Source: Diplonema japonicum
Lineage: Eukaryota; Protista; Euglenozoa: Diplonemea
Length of the DNA stretch: 64,000 nt
Direction: 5' to 3'
Assembly (NCBI GenBank): GCA_964019335.1
Contig: OZ025753.1
Span: forward strand, 186,001 to 250,000
How positions within the stretch are numbered: the stretch's first letter is position 1; the number at the start of each line of letters is the position of its first letter. Below the pieces are notes generated by a model. The model did not search any database and was not told the DNA's origin. It saw only the letters and a list, made by a program, of their open reading frames with translations. The translations under genes and the position numbers were made by a program. Below are positions 11,049-23,328 of this stretch, one piece after another.

Positions 11049-11778
11049 GAAGGGGGGGGGAAAGAAAAAAAAAGGAAGAAATTTTTAAAAGAAAAAGGGA
11101 GGGGTACCAGCCTCCGATACGGATCTACAGTAATTGTAGGGCAAATACTGAAAGGGTGGAAAGAGAATAGGGAAGGCGGTTTCTTTTTTTTTTCTTTTTT
11201 TTTTTTTTTTTTGCCCTGCCCTTTTCCTTTCACGCTTCTCTCCTTTTTTTTTTTTTTTTTTTTTTGTGGACGTCCCAAATCAGGGATTTTCCTCTTTTTT
11301 TTTTCCCCCCCCCGTACCATTTTGTCTTTCGATGGACCTCCCCCAAAGAATTATTTTGGGCGTATTTTGTAGTCTCAGAAAGAAAAAGAAAAAAAAAGAC
11401 TTTTTGCCATTTTGTTTCCCCTTCTTTTTTTTTTTTTTCATCCTTTTTCTTTTTTTGAGACTTTTTCGTTGTGTAAAAAGAGGATTCTTTCCCTACTTTT
11501 TTTTTTTCTTTTTTCTGACTGAACTCTAAAGGTTTAACCCCTCTTTCATGCGCAGTTTTCCTTTGCTTTTTTTTTTTTTGTTCGCTTTTTTTTTTCTTTT
11601 GAATTCGTCTTTGGCTTCTCTAACCAAAGGGGGAAGGTTTGCAACGTGTTTCGGGGGTGGGGGGTTTACAAGCACCAGGTTTCTACCTCCCCCCCCCCCC
11701 CCCCCCACCCCACGGACAAACAAAAAGCCCCATTTTTTTCACCCCCCCCTTTTTTTTTCCCTTTCTGTTTTTTTTTTC

Positions 11779-12270
11779 TTTATTTCACTCTTCGTCATTT
11801 TCTTCACTCACTAGGGGCCTCATTATTTAACGCGAAACGGCCATTATTTAACGCGAAATCGCCATTATTTAACTAGTTAAATAATGAGATTTTGCAGTTA
11901 AATAATGGCCCTTCAGAGTGGAAAAATGGGTCTCGCCGTGGAAAAAAATGCACCCAACCTCTTGAAAAATCTTTTTGGGGTGGGGGTATTTTGACTATTT
12001 TTGCCCATCTGAGGCCATTCCAGTGCCTTACTTCCCCTTTAAATGCCACGGCGAAATAGCTACCCTGTATTACCTTAGGAAAATCCCCAAAAAGCTGACC
12101 TGCGTGAAAAAAAAACAGCAGTGAAAGCAGTGAAGAGTGAGTGACTCAAATGACGAAAAGTGAAATAAAACGACTTACTTGCCGCCAAATGAGCCCCTGC
12201 GGGCCCTCGTGCAAAAAATTCGGGAACTCGAGTTAAATAATGACTCATTATTTGTTGGCAATAAATAGCT
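11779..12270. repeat. ~0.5-kb dispersed repeat, copy 2 (empty site for the 2560-4110 element)
   Basis: Direct sequence identity with 2030-2559; palindromic CATTATTTAACTAGTTAAATAATG core. Confidence 0.8.
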
Positions 12271-12286
12271 ATTTTTTTTTTTTTAA

Positions 12287-12814
12287 CTCCTAAACGCGCG
12301 GACGTTTTTGTCCTTTGCTTTTTCGCTAAGTACTTTTTTTTTGAACACGGCCCCTGGACTTCAAATTATGGCATTGTTGCGCGGTTTATTTTGTCGTGGA
12401 GCTACATTTTGCGTTAAACTTAAAGGTTTTGTTTTAATTGAAACCGGCAGGGTTGGCTTAAAATGAAATGAGATGGTCAAAATATCGGCGAAAACGTGCG
12501 TCAGATAAAGAAGAAAAAGACGATGAGGCGGTCGAAGAGGGGTCGGAAACAATGCTTGGGTGAGAGTAGTACTCCCAAAGGCCCGAAACATAGCATTTCC
12601 GTGAAAAGCTCTAGACCTCACCTTTGACAACCTGGAAAACATTTGGAAGGCCTGAAACTGCACCTCATGCGCAGGTTTCTTGACATCATTGTCAACCGGT
12701 GTAGGACTGTGCGGACCCCTGGCAAGTGGTTGTCTGTTGACGACAGTGTTATCCCGACAACAATAAAAGTCATGGCAGGTGGGCATCAAGGTAGATAGGC
12801 TCCGGGCGTTTAGG

Positions 12815-12817
<3 letters not shown>
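12287..12817. mobile_element. Possible MITE with CCTAAACGCxCGGA TIRs and TTAA-like flanks
   Basis: TTAACTCCTAAACGCGCGGA at the left; TCCGGGCGTTTAGGGTTTTAA at the right. Confidence 0.4.
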
Positions 12818-12845
<28 letters not shown>

Positions 12846-12885
12846 CCCTCATAAATAGAGCTTCTCACTTTCTTTCTCATTACAT

Positions 12886-12921
<36 letters not shown>

Positions 12922-12928
12922 ATCAAAT

Positions 12929-13317
12929 ATGTTCTCCAAGATGTATCTTATCGCAGTGATTTACGTTGCAGTTGCTGCTGCTGATTCTGTTGAGGTGCAG
13001 TTGTGCAACAACGGGGCGGAGACGGGGAGCAAGCTCATGGTGTGAGATGGTCTGAGAGCACCTGCGCCAACATTTCTACGCTTCAACACTTCAACTTTGA
13101 AGTATCGTTCACAGGCGGGAACAGCTCCAACGGTACCCTTACTGGGCTACTGGACACGTTCAACGACACCAGCTGTCACCACCCCAACGTATCTGGAGCC
13201 GTTGTCACCTGCAATTGTGTGGATGATGCCGAACTCCATTTTGTCTGCGATGGCAGTGCCATCACCATGCCTTCTGTTGAGTTGCTTGTTGCTATGGTCG
13301 CTGTGTACTGTTTCTAG
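12929..13317 (+). pseudogene. Small secreted Cys-containing, probably GPI-anchored glycoprotein with a frameshift near 13041
   Basis: Signal peptide MFSKMYLIAVIYVAVAAA; removing an extra TG in ATGGTGTGAGATGG joins it to the 13003-13317 frame, which has several NxS/T sites and a hydrophobic C-terminus. Confidence 0.6.
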
Positions 13318-13527
13318 AAGATTTTTAAGAAGAAAAAAAGGTAACGGGTCTGTTTCTTCGAGTAGTCTTTTGATTTGTCAAAAACAAAAAGGGGAACGTT
13401 TGGGCAAAAACGTGTTTTCCGGGTTTTACCCGGCACGTACAAACAGCGGCCTGTTATTTTTTTTTTTTTTTTTTTTGGCTTTCTCTCTCCCTTTTTTTTT
13501 TTTTTTTTTTTCTCTTTTTTTTTTTTT

Positions 13528-16500
13528 CCACCAGACGGGTACCACCCCCAGAGGGCGAGCAGAGCGAAAGCGAGGACAGCTCGGAAGAGGAAGGGGACGA
13601 GACACACGAGCGTGTGAACAAGACCAACAACAGACGAGGTCACATGCGACTAGGTTCTCTGGACACCAACGACCAATCTGAAGAACAACGCAGGAGGTGG
13701 CTGCACACTCAGGTCGCAATCGATGGCAAACGCAGATGGCTACATATCATATCGATATACTGCCCGGCAGGAACAGGACGTGAAGAGGCGGCAAAGAGGG
13801 AGACCCTCCTCCACTACATCCTGCGGAAGAAGGCGAAAGAGCTCGGCAATGTGCCAATACTCGTCGTTGGCGACTTCAACACCGACGAGGCAAGATCCCC
13901 GGAACTGCGGAAGGCACTGCAGGCAGGATGGGCGGACACAGCGGACCTATGCGCAAGATGGAGAGGGAAACAACCTGATCCAACGTTTGTACGGGAGAAC
14001 TGCGCCACGCGGATCGACAGGATACTGGCAAGTCCGGAGGCAGTACCGGCCATCACCGGATGCCAAGTGAACCAAGCGATCAAGGGGACGGATCAACCGG
14101 ACACTGACGGTTGCGCTTGAGCTCGACAGATTCAGGATGACGGTACAACGATACATGCTGCCGAGGGGTCTGGAGACGGCAGATGAGCCAACGGAAGAAC
14201 AAGGAGCCGAAGCAGTGGAAGCAGCCGGATTCCGACAGTACCTGCACGAAGGAAATATAACAAAAGCCTTCGAGACCCTCTCCCGGTGCACCGAAGACCT
14301 CCTCATAGACCAACCAGTGGGGACGCCGGGGAGGGCAGCGTACGTCGGAAGAGGCAAACACACCAGCACAAAGGAGAAGGAAGTGTGTGCACCAACAACG
14401 ACGGGAACGGTGGGTGCAGCTACAACGTGGCAAGCGCGACTGGAAAAGCTGAAGCTCAAGACGCGGACACTGCAACAACAGCTCGAGCAGGCAGTTGAGG
14501 ACAAGGGGCTAAGCAAGCCGACCCTGAACACGATAAGAAACATGAACAGGGAAGCAATGGCTCTGGCAGTACCATCTGAACCGGTGCCGCACGACGCTGT
14601 TCTCATAGAGGACATGCTGGCAGCAGCGCTGAACATGGAAGACGCAATTGCAGCTGAGGAACGGAAGAAAAGGACCGAGGCGAACACGTCACGGAGACGA
14701 GAATACCTGGCCGAGGTTGCAGCAGGACGCGAGACAACAAGACTGGTAAAAGTCGCGAGAGGCAAACGTCAAAGCGACGGAACCAGGGCGGTCAAGGAAG
14801 GGATGGTGCTCTTTGCGTCCCCCGGACTGATCGACAGCGTCATGCGCAAGGCGTGGAAGACCGTCTTTGCGAAATACGAGTCCCGACCGGAGCCCCTCTA
14901 TGCCCCCTTCAAGGCAAAGTACAGCAAGTTCGTGCAACGGCATGAGATGGAGAGGACACAACTGACGGGAGCAAGGCTGAGGGAAGTGCTCAGAAAGAAA
15001 AGCAAGAAAAGCGCGGCAGGCATCGACGGGTGGAGGATGCTAGAGCTACGGAAACTACCAGAGTCAGTACTAGACGCCTGGGCGATGCTCTTCCATGCGA
15101 TCGAAGCAACGGGGAGGTGGCCGGAAGCCATGAAAACGGCACTGGTTACCCTCGTACCGAAGTGCGACGATGCGGGACCACTGGAGCACAGGCCTATCAC
15201 AGTCACATCTGCGGTGTACAGACTCTGGGCATGCGCGCGACTGTCTGATATCCTCATCTGGCAGGAGAAATGGATACACGACAAGCAATACGGATTCCGC
15301 ACTGGTTTCGGGACAGAGGACGCACTTTTGGACCTCGCCCTTGACATCGAAGAATCCATTCTGGAGGGGAAACCGCTAGTCGGGGTGGCACTCGACTTTG
15401 CGAAATGCTTTGACAGTGTACCGCAACAGCTGGTTCTGGAGCTGGTGGAGGACATGGGCATGGACACAGGCATCCTCAGGGCACTGAAAGGAATGTACGC
15501 AGGCATGCGAAGACGGTTCAGGTACGCAGCAGGCGTGGGGGAGGAGTTCCACACAACCAACGGAATCCTTCAGGGATGCCCGATTTCAGTGGTACTCATC
15601 AACGCGCTGTTGGCGGTACTAATGAAGCAGGTGGAGAACGACACAGGGGTCCGCTCGCTGTCTTACGCGGACGATGCATACCTCTTGGCACGGCTCGGTG
15701 CGGCGTTGCAGGAAGGCGTAGACGCAGTGGAAGCCTTCTGCAAACAGGTGGGGATGAAGCTCAACACCAGGAAGACGAAGACCTTTGCAGTGAACAGGAA
15801 GACACCGGAGGTGAAGGTGAAAGGCGAGGAACTGCAGCCGACACGGACTGTAGGAGTACTGGGAGCCAAGCTGCGGACAGACGGCAGGCCGCAAACCAAC
15901 GGCGACAGGACGGCGGAGGCACTCGGGACGCTGAGCAGGCTGGGAGCAACGCCGTTGACCTTTCAGCAGAAGGCGAAGATCATCAGCAGCACGATCCTAC
16001 CGAGCTGCCTCTACGACTGCCCATTCTCACCGCCGAAAACGGGACAAATGGCCACGCTGGTGAAGGAGACCACGTACGCGCTCTGGGGGCAGAAGTACTG
16101 CCAGGAACCCAGGCACAGTACTATCCGTGACACTGCCGGGACACACGAGCCACCCACAGATGACAGCCGCATACAGAGCACTTATGCTCCTATACAGAGC
16201 CTGCAAGAAGGACGACAAGCTGTGGACACGCTGCGACGCCATTGCCAAACGGTACAGCGGGAAGAAGATACCGCTGGGACCGGTGGGCATCATGATGGAA
16301 AGGTGGCTGCCTCAGATCAAGTTAAGCTGGGCACAGCTGAAGGACACCCACGCACTGGAAAAGGAGCCCTACAAGCACTACATCAGGGACCGACTCAGGC
16401 GGGCGGAAGCACAGGAAATCATGAGCAAACGGAGCACCATGGGGGGCATGGAAGCTGCGGCAGCAGCGGAGACCAACGCGCTGTGGAGGAAGCTGGTGGT

Positions 16501-17657
16501 GACGGACCCGATTGCAGCAAGGGACGTGCGAAGGATCATCTCGGGGGCAGTGTTCTACATCAACCCACGGGGATGGCGCACGGACACGGTGGAGCACATC
16601 CCGATGGCGGAAGGAGAAGAAGACGAGGATGAAGACGAGGCTGAAGATGAACAAGAAGAAGAAGAAGAGGAAGGACAGGACACCGAAAAGTGGCTGATTG
16701 CGGAGGCGAGGAAGCAAGAAGCTAAGCAGGCCGAACCCACGACGGCACACTGCGACATCTGCGGTCAGGAGCAACAGCTGCCCAACATGCTGGAGCACGC
16801 ACTGTGGGAGTGCGAAAAGGCCAAGGAAGTGCAACAGCGGGAAGAACACGAAGGCATGACGCGCAGGGGGCCGGAACCGTGTACGAAGCTGCATGGCATC
16901 CTGCCAAGGGGAGCAGGGAAGGATGTCAGGGAAAGGCTCGAAGGAACGCAGAGGTACCTGCTGGCGGTGGTGGGGGAGCGGGACGCTGCCCTACAAGCGA
17001 AGAGGCAGGAGGTGTACCACACACACCAGTGGCTGGAGATCACACAAGGTCAAGAACACCCAGTACCGTCGGACAAGGACTTCGGCAAGCTACCGGCAAG
17101 GGATGTCCTACGGGAGTACACAAAGGAGGTGCTGAGGTGGATGCGGCAACTGCGCTGGTATGCAGGCAGCAGGAACACGTCAGTGTCGACGGTGGAGCTG
17201 GCACTGGATTTCGAGAACGTGACCGGGAAGACCCTTGGAGGGAAGCTGGGGGATCTCGCAGAGCTACAGCAGAAAGCGAGGAGATTGCATGGACTGATGA
17301 AGAAGATCTGGCACACATGGGAGCTAGGGAGGGTACTGAAGAAGGTGAAAGGAAGGAGGGCCTTCCCAGCTGAGCCGAGCACAAGGGTGCACACACTACG
17401 ATCCATCGGGAGGACAAAGGCGGTGATCGGATGGAACAGGAGGGCGATATTTGCATCACCGAAGACCAAGCATGACCTAGAGGCGTTGAAAGGACAATGG
17501 GCAAGAGAACGAAGAGAAAGAGCGGCCAGGTTGGGGAGAAGGCCGGCAAGACCACCAAAGGAGGAGAGACCGCTGCTGAAAGGGGATAGGTGCAGGTAGA
17601 AGATGAGAACAAGGGGGCGTCTCACAAAGACTTCCTTTAACTCATATATTTTTTTTT
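13528..17657 (+). mobile_element. LINE family A (APE endonuclease + RT + CCHC + C-terminal domain), 5'-truncated and frameshifted
   Basis: APE motifs SIYCP, GDFN, TRIDRI; RT motifs HRPITV, QYGFR, LDFAKCFD, GILQGCP, YADD; CDIC..HALWEC finger; frameshifts near 14100 and 16100; 3' tail CCTTTAACTCATATAT(T)n. Confidence 0.95.
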
Positions 17658-17765
17658 GTTTTCTTTCCATTTCGCATCGCTTTCTCTTTTTATGACAAAC
17701 GTTTTTTTTTTTTTCTCTATTTTTTCTCTTTTTTTCTCTCTCTCTCTCTCTTTTCTTTTTATGGG

Positions 17766-17867
17766 GGCCGGGTCTAGGTGTGTAACGACACCTTCCCTTA
17801 AGCGAGTCACTCACGCGATAGGGAAGAATCTTGCTTCAATGTGTCGTTTCACACCTAGACCGTGGCC
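17766..17867. repeat. ~100-bp fold-back element (micro-MITE)
   Basis: GGCCGGGTCTAGGTGTGTAACGACAC vs GTGTCGTTTCACACCTAGACCGTGGCC; inner CTTCCCT/AGGGAAG stem. Confidence 0.7.
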
Positions 17868-18189
17868 ACAAACACCCCCCCCCCCCCCCCCCCACCCCAT
17901 GTACTTTACACTGTACACTCGGGCACCGACTGTGTTTCACTTATGTCATGTCATGTGTCGATGTCCTCAAGTGGGACTTGAGCCTGCCTCGCACCCTCTC
18001 TTCCATCCATTTTTGTGCCCCACTCCCATTTGCCCCTCTTGTCCAACGTAAGCCCTTTGACCCGTACTTTCTCTCCTTACTCCTCACCCTCCTTATTTCT
18101 CCAGTTTGTTTGTTCACATGTTCACAACATACATCCACACAGATTACCTACCTGCAATTATCAACAAAGAAAAAAAAAAAGAAGAAACC

Positions 18190-21100
18190 ATGACGGCGGG
18201 AGAGGGGGCTGTAAAAATAGCGTGGAAAGCGGTGGAGCAGCTGCGTGGACAGTTGGCGAGCAGCGTGGGGGGTACAGCAACCACCACCACCACCATCGAG
18301 GTGGAGCTGGACAAGGCGATGGGGAAGTGGCACGACGCACTGTGCCACAGCGTGATTGCTGTGATGCAGGAGTTTCTGAAACGCAACAAGGAGCGCGGTG
18401 TGGGGGACAGCGTGTCATCACTGGTGTCGGAGGCGCGTGAAGAGCTCAAGAAGGCGGCGAAAGCGTTCAAGGTAAACAAAAAAATAAAAAAAAATAAAAA
18501 AAAAAATAAAAAAGGTTGGTGGAGAAAGGGTGGTGGCAGCGAACAAGGGAGCAGTGAGCCGGTTCAGCGACGGGGTGGGCGAGATCGAGGTGGACCGAGG
18601 GTGGAGCGAGTTCTTCAAAGGTGCGTCGTGTGCAAGGCCGATACTGGCGACAGTGGAGGCTGCGATGGGGAGGGCGATGACTGCAGAGGATGCTGAGGAG
18701 TGGGCGGCGAAGGGTGGTGCGAAGGGTGCTGCGAAGTGGGCGGTGCAGCAGGTGGAGGGGAAGTCGGAGCCGTACCTTCGGCTGTACACTCTGGAAAGCC
18801 CCTTGTGCTACGGGGTGAACGCGGCGATGCGTGAGGTGGCGTTCCGCGGGGAGCGGGAGCGCTACGAGCCGATGAAGGACTTCGCCTATTCCCTGCACCG
18901 AGCAATGATGTCGCAGCCGAAGTACGAGGGGACCGTGTTCCGTGCAATAGACTTCCAGGTGAGTGAGTCGCTGTACTCTGTGGGGGCAGTGGTGACGATG
19001 CCGCACCCCACGAGTGCAAGTGAGAACCCTGAGGTGGTGAAGGACTTCCTTGGGACGACGGGTGGCGGCGGTCGGGACGAAGAGGTTCAGGGGACGATCC
19101 TCATTCTGCGGGTTAAGACTGGGCGGAGCATCGCTCGGTTCAGCAGCTTCCCCGAGGAGAAGGAGGTTCTGATCGCAGCGAACACCCAGTTCCGGGTGGT
19201 GGGGCGCCCTGACATCGGTGTGATGCGTCTGCTGGAGGCGGCTCTCGGCACAAGCATGCGTCGCGTGGTGGTGGTGGAGCTGCAGGAAATCAACTTTTTT
19301 CACTGGGGCAGGCTTGAAGACGTCATGACACAGGTGGAGCGTGTCCGCAACGCGAAGCTCCTCGATACGATCAAGACGAAGCTCACGATAGCTAGACGCT
19401 TTGAACTCCATCCGGTGACGGGTGAAGGAAGGGGGGTAGACTACCCGCTCAGCACTGCAATGCCTAATGTGGAAGTCAGCAAGACGGTGCTTCAGGAGGC
19501 GGCAGAGTTGGAGCACAACGAGCAGGTGGTGTCGCTGTGCTGTGCCAACCTGTCACCCACAGCTCACTCTGAGGCTCTGAACGCTTCGCTCGCAGCAGTG
19601 TTGCGGATGAACAAGGACAGGAGCCACGAGAAGAGTGCGGCAGTTCTGCTGAGCAAGGGAGCGGACCTTGCTGGGGTACCAAAGGAGCTTCACACAGCAG
19701 GTGTCGGGCTTCTTGCGTGTTCTTGCAAGCGGGCTGTGTTCGACAAGGTGGTGCAAGTTCTCGGCGACACTTTCTGGGGAGCGAACGAGGAAAAGGGACC
19801 GCGTAAAGGGTGGACAGTGCTTCATGCGGCGGCGGCAAGGAATCGTTCTGACCTTCTGAAGGATGTCCTCCTCTCGGGTCTGGCGGCGGATACGGTGGAT
19901 GCGTCTGGCGGCACTGCGTGCTCTGTCGCCGCTGAACGCGACTGCGTGGACGCATTGCGCATCTTGATCACGGAAGGCAAGGCTGATGTAAACAAAGCCA
20001 GAGAGAATGGTGTTACTCCATGTTACATTGCGGCTCAAAATGGACATGCCGACGCATTACGCATCCTCATCACGGAAGGCAAGGCTGATGTAAACAAAGC
20101 CAGAGAGAATGGTGTTACTCCATGTTACATTGCGGCTCAAAATGGACATGCCGACGCATTACGCATCCTCATCATGGAAGGAAAGGCTGATGTGAACAAG
20201 GCAGAAGACGACTGTACTACCCCGTGTTACAAGGCGGCTCAAAATGGACATGCCGACGCATTACGCATCCTGATCACGGAAGGCAAGGCTGATGTAAACA
20301 AAGCCAGAGAGAATGGTGTTACTCCATGTTACATTGCGGCTCAAAATGGACATGCCGACGCATTACGCATCCTCATCACGGAAGGAAAGGCTGATGTGAA
20401 CAAGGCAGAAGACGACTGTACTACCCCGTGTTACAAGGCGGCTCAAAATGGACATGCCGACGCATTACGCATCCTGATCACGGAAGGCAAGGCAGATGTA
20501 AACAAAGCCAGAGAGAATGGTGTTACTCCATGTTACATTGCGGCTCAAAATGGACATGCCGACGCATTACGCATCCTCATCACGGAAGGCAAGGCTGATG
20601 TAAACAAAGCCAGAGAGAATGGTGTTACTCCATGTTACATTGCGGCTCAAAATGGACATGCCGACGCATTACGCATCCTCGTCATGGAAGGAAAGGCTGA
20701 TGTGAACAAGGCAGAAGACGACTGTACTACCCCGTGTTACATTGCGGCTCAAAATGGACATGCCGACGCATTACGCATCCTCATCACGGAAGGCAAGGCT
20801 GATGTAAACAAAGCCAGAGAGAATGGTGTTACTCCATGTTACATTGCGGCTCAAAATGGACATGCCGACGCATTACGCATCCTCATCACGGAAGGAAAGG
20901 CTGATGTAAACAAAGCCAGAGAGAATGGTATTACTCCATGTTACATGGCGGCTCAGAATGGACATGCCGACGCATTACGCATCCTGATCACGGAAGGAAA
21001 GGCTGATGTAAACAAAGCCAGAGAGAATGGTGTTACTCCATGTTACAAGGCGGCTCAGAATGGACATGCCGACGCATTACGCATCCTCATCATGGAAGGA

Positions 21101-21583
21101 AAGGCTGATGTGAACAAGGCAGAAGACGACTGTACTACCCCGTGTTACTTGGCGGCTCAAAATGGACATGCCGACGCATTACGCATCCTCATCATGGAAG
21201 GCAAGGCTGATGTAAACAAAGCCAGAGAGAATGGTGTTACTCCATGTTACATGGCGGCTCAGAATGGACATGCCGACGCATTACGCATCCTGATCACGGA
21301 AGGCAAGGCAGATGTAAACAAAGCCAGAGAGAATGGTGTTACTCCATGTTACATGGCGGCTCAAAACGGACACACCGACGCATTACGCATCCTGATCACG
21401 GAAGGAAAGGCTGATGTGAACAAGGCAGACAGCAACGGTACTACCCCGTGTTGCATAGCTACCGAGAATGGAAACACCGACGCATTACGCATCCTCATCA
21501 CGGAAGGAAAAGCTGATGTGAAGAAGGCTCTCAGCGACGGTGACGTGACACAAAACAAGAAGACAGAATGCACGCAGATGTAG
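18190..21583 (+). CDS. R-S-E clade mono-ADP-ribosyltransferase fused to ~17 ankyrin repeats; join(18190..18471,18515..21583)
   Basis: LRLYTLESPLCYGVN, VFRAID (R), TSAS (S), FPEEKEVL (ExE); 34-aa ankyrin repeats; a phase-0 43-nt GT-AG intron joins the ORFs at 18106 and 18530. Confidence 0.88.
19945..21525 (+). repeat. 102-bp tandem repeat encoding ankyrin repeats (14 near-identical units plus divergent flanks)
   Basis: Unit ..GACGCATTACGCATCCTCATCACGGAAGGCAAGGCTGATGTAAACAAAGCC.. Confidence 0.95.
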
Positions 21584-21891
21584 GGATGTAGGTTTTTTAC
21601 CCGCTTTGTTGTTTTTCAATGTTGTGAAACGAACCCTCAGCAGCCACTCAGACTCCCTACCTCCGAGCAACTACGTGGAACCAAAGGGCTAGACTTTGGC
21701 GAGAACCCAAAAGCAGGAATTGCTCGAACCCGTGGAAAGCCCCATTGTAACTCCCTTGCCGATTTTCTATTTGAATTTTAAAAGAGGAGAAGAAAGAAAA
21801 AAGAAAAGCAAAGAAAGAAAGAGACTGTAGTAAAGAAACTGAGATGACATGCTTTTTCTCCACTTGCCTCGAACTTCCTTGTTTTTTTTGT

Positions 21892-22100
21892 CGTTGCACG
21901 CTTAACGCCACCTAGTGTTGCAATCAAAGCCCCATTTTTTTTTTTAAATGGGGTGAGCTGCACCACACCGCACGCATTAAAGACAAGACGCGGAATGCAG
22001 AAGAACGCATATCAAGGAATGCAGAAGAAGCAACAGCTCTGTCGGGATGTACCCCCTGTAATCAAGTAGACAGTGTTTGTGCACGGGCGCCACCTCCTTT
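21892..22100 (+). mobile_element. LINE-B 3' end followed by a SINE-like fragment
   Basis: CGTTGCACGCTTAACGCC..TAGTGTTGCAATCAAAGCCCCA(T)n, then CACCGCACGCATTAA..CCCCTGTAATCAAGTAGACAG. Confidence 0.65.
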
Positions 22101-23328
22101 TTCTCTTATTTTCTTTATTTTCTTTTGGGGTTAAAAAAAGAATGAATGATGTTTATTTTTAAAACTTCGATCCGGGCGAGATCGGGGCTCATTTTGTTGG
22201 TAAGCCTTCCCATTTACCTTACCCTTTGTTCATTTCCTCCCCCTCCCCCTCCCCATTCCCCTTCTTTTTCTTCCAGTGAGGAACTTGTGAGCCTCTCTGC
22301 CCCTTCCCCATCCACTCCTCCTCTTGGGCTTCCCTGTAAAGGTGCTAGCAAAAGGGCAAAGAGAGGGATGAAAAGTGACAGAATACAAGCCGTGCTCTGA
22401 CCCCCTCCAAAAAGTGCATACAAGTTTTCCCCCGCGAGTGGGACGCATCAACTCCCTGCGCCGTTTTCGATCGCAACTTTAGATGAAAGGTGGACTCTAA
22501 GCATCATATGTGTTGTTCGCCGTTTTTGTTTTCTTTCCCTTTTCTTTCCCTTTTCTTTCCTCTTTTTTCCTCCTATATTACATCAGTACTTTCCCTCAAG
22601 AACAAAAGAAAATTGGGTGAACTGATACACGAAAAAGAAATACTGCGAAACAATGAATTTCCGGAAGTAAAACTTCCAACCCACCTTGTGGGTGCGGCCT
22701 TAGCAAGTCGAAAAGGGAGTGGAATTTAGAGAAAAAAAAAAAAAAAAAAAACTTCCAGTCCGCCGGGGCTTCCGGTAATATTTACCTCCTGTATTTCTTT
22801 CTCCTTTCGCAGCGGGTTGGACCGGATGCTGACACTCTGATGTAAACTTAAATTTCTCACCATTAGCTATTTTAATTTTTGTTTTCTATTTCTTTAAAGT
22901 AAAATACGCTTTGACACAAGACAGTTGTCCTGAGATGTGGGAGGGAGTTTGGCCTTGCCCGTTTCAGATGCGGGCTGGGCAACTATAGGAGCGATCTCGC
23001 CGTGAGCAGTTGTCAGGTGCGCGATCTGAGCAGTCCCAGGGAACACATTCATGATCATAAGTAATCTTCGATTACTGAAGGAATGTGCTCTGGGACGTGT
23101 GAAGAGGCGGGCGGATGACGCACTGTGAGCGTGCATCAGCACACTTTGTTGTTTTTCTTTTTTTATTCACACTTTTAGTTTTTCAAATCACTTTTGTTTC
23201 TTTTTTATTTCAAAACACAGTGCGAGGTACAAAATACACCACACTCGAATCCCCTCCCCCTTTATTTTTAATTTTTTATTTTTTAAACAACAAAACAAAA
23301 CAAAAAAAAAAAGGGTTTTTTTTTTCAA

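Noticed and set aside
16127-17599. RNase H or restriction-like endonuclease domain in LINE-A
   Set aside because: No YTDGS/ELxA/TDS or PD..(D/E)xK pattern could be identified by eye.
13947-17814. Long minus-strand ORFs over the LINE and other GC-rich genes
   Set aside because: Antisense shadows of + strand coding sequence, with no motifs of their own.
19945-21525. Regular repeat array as a CRISPR
   Set aside because: The units are 102-bp in-frame ankyrin repeats with no unique spacers, and there are no cas genes.
22880-23145. GC-richer island as a gene
   Set aside because: No sustained ORF or motif; possibly a decayed element, but unsupported.
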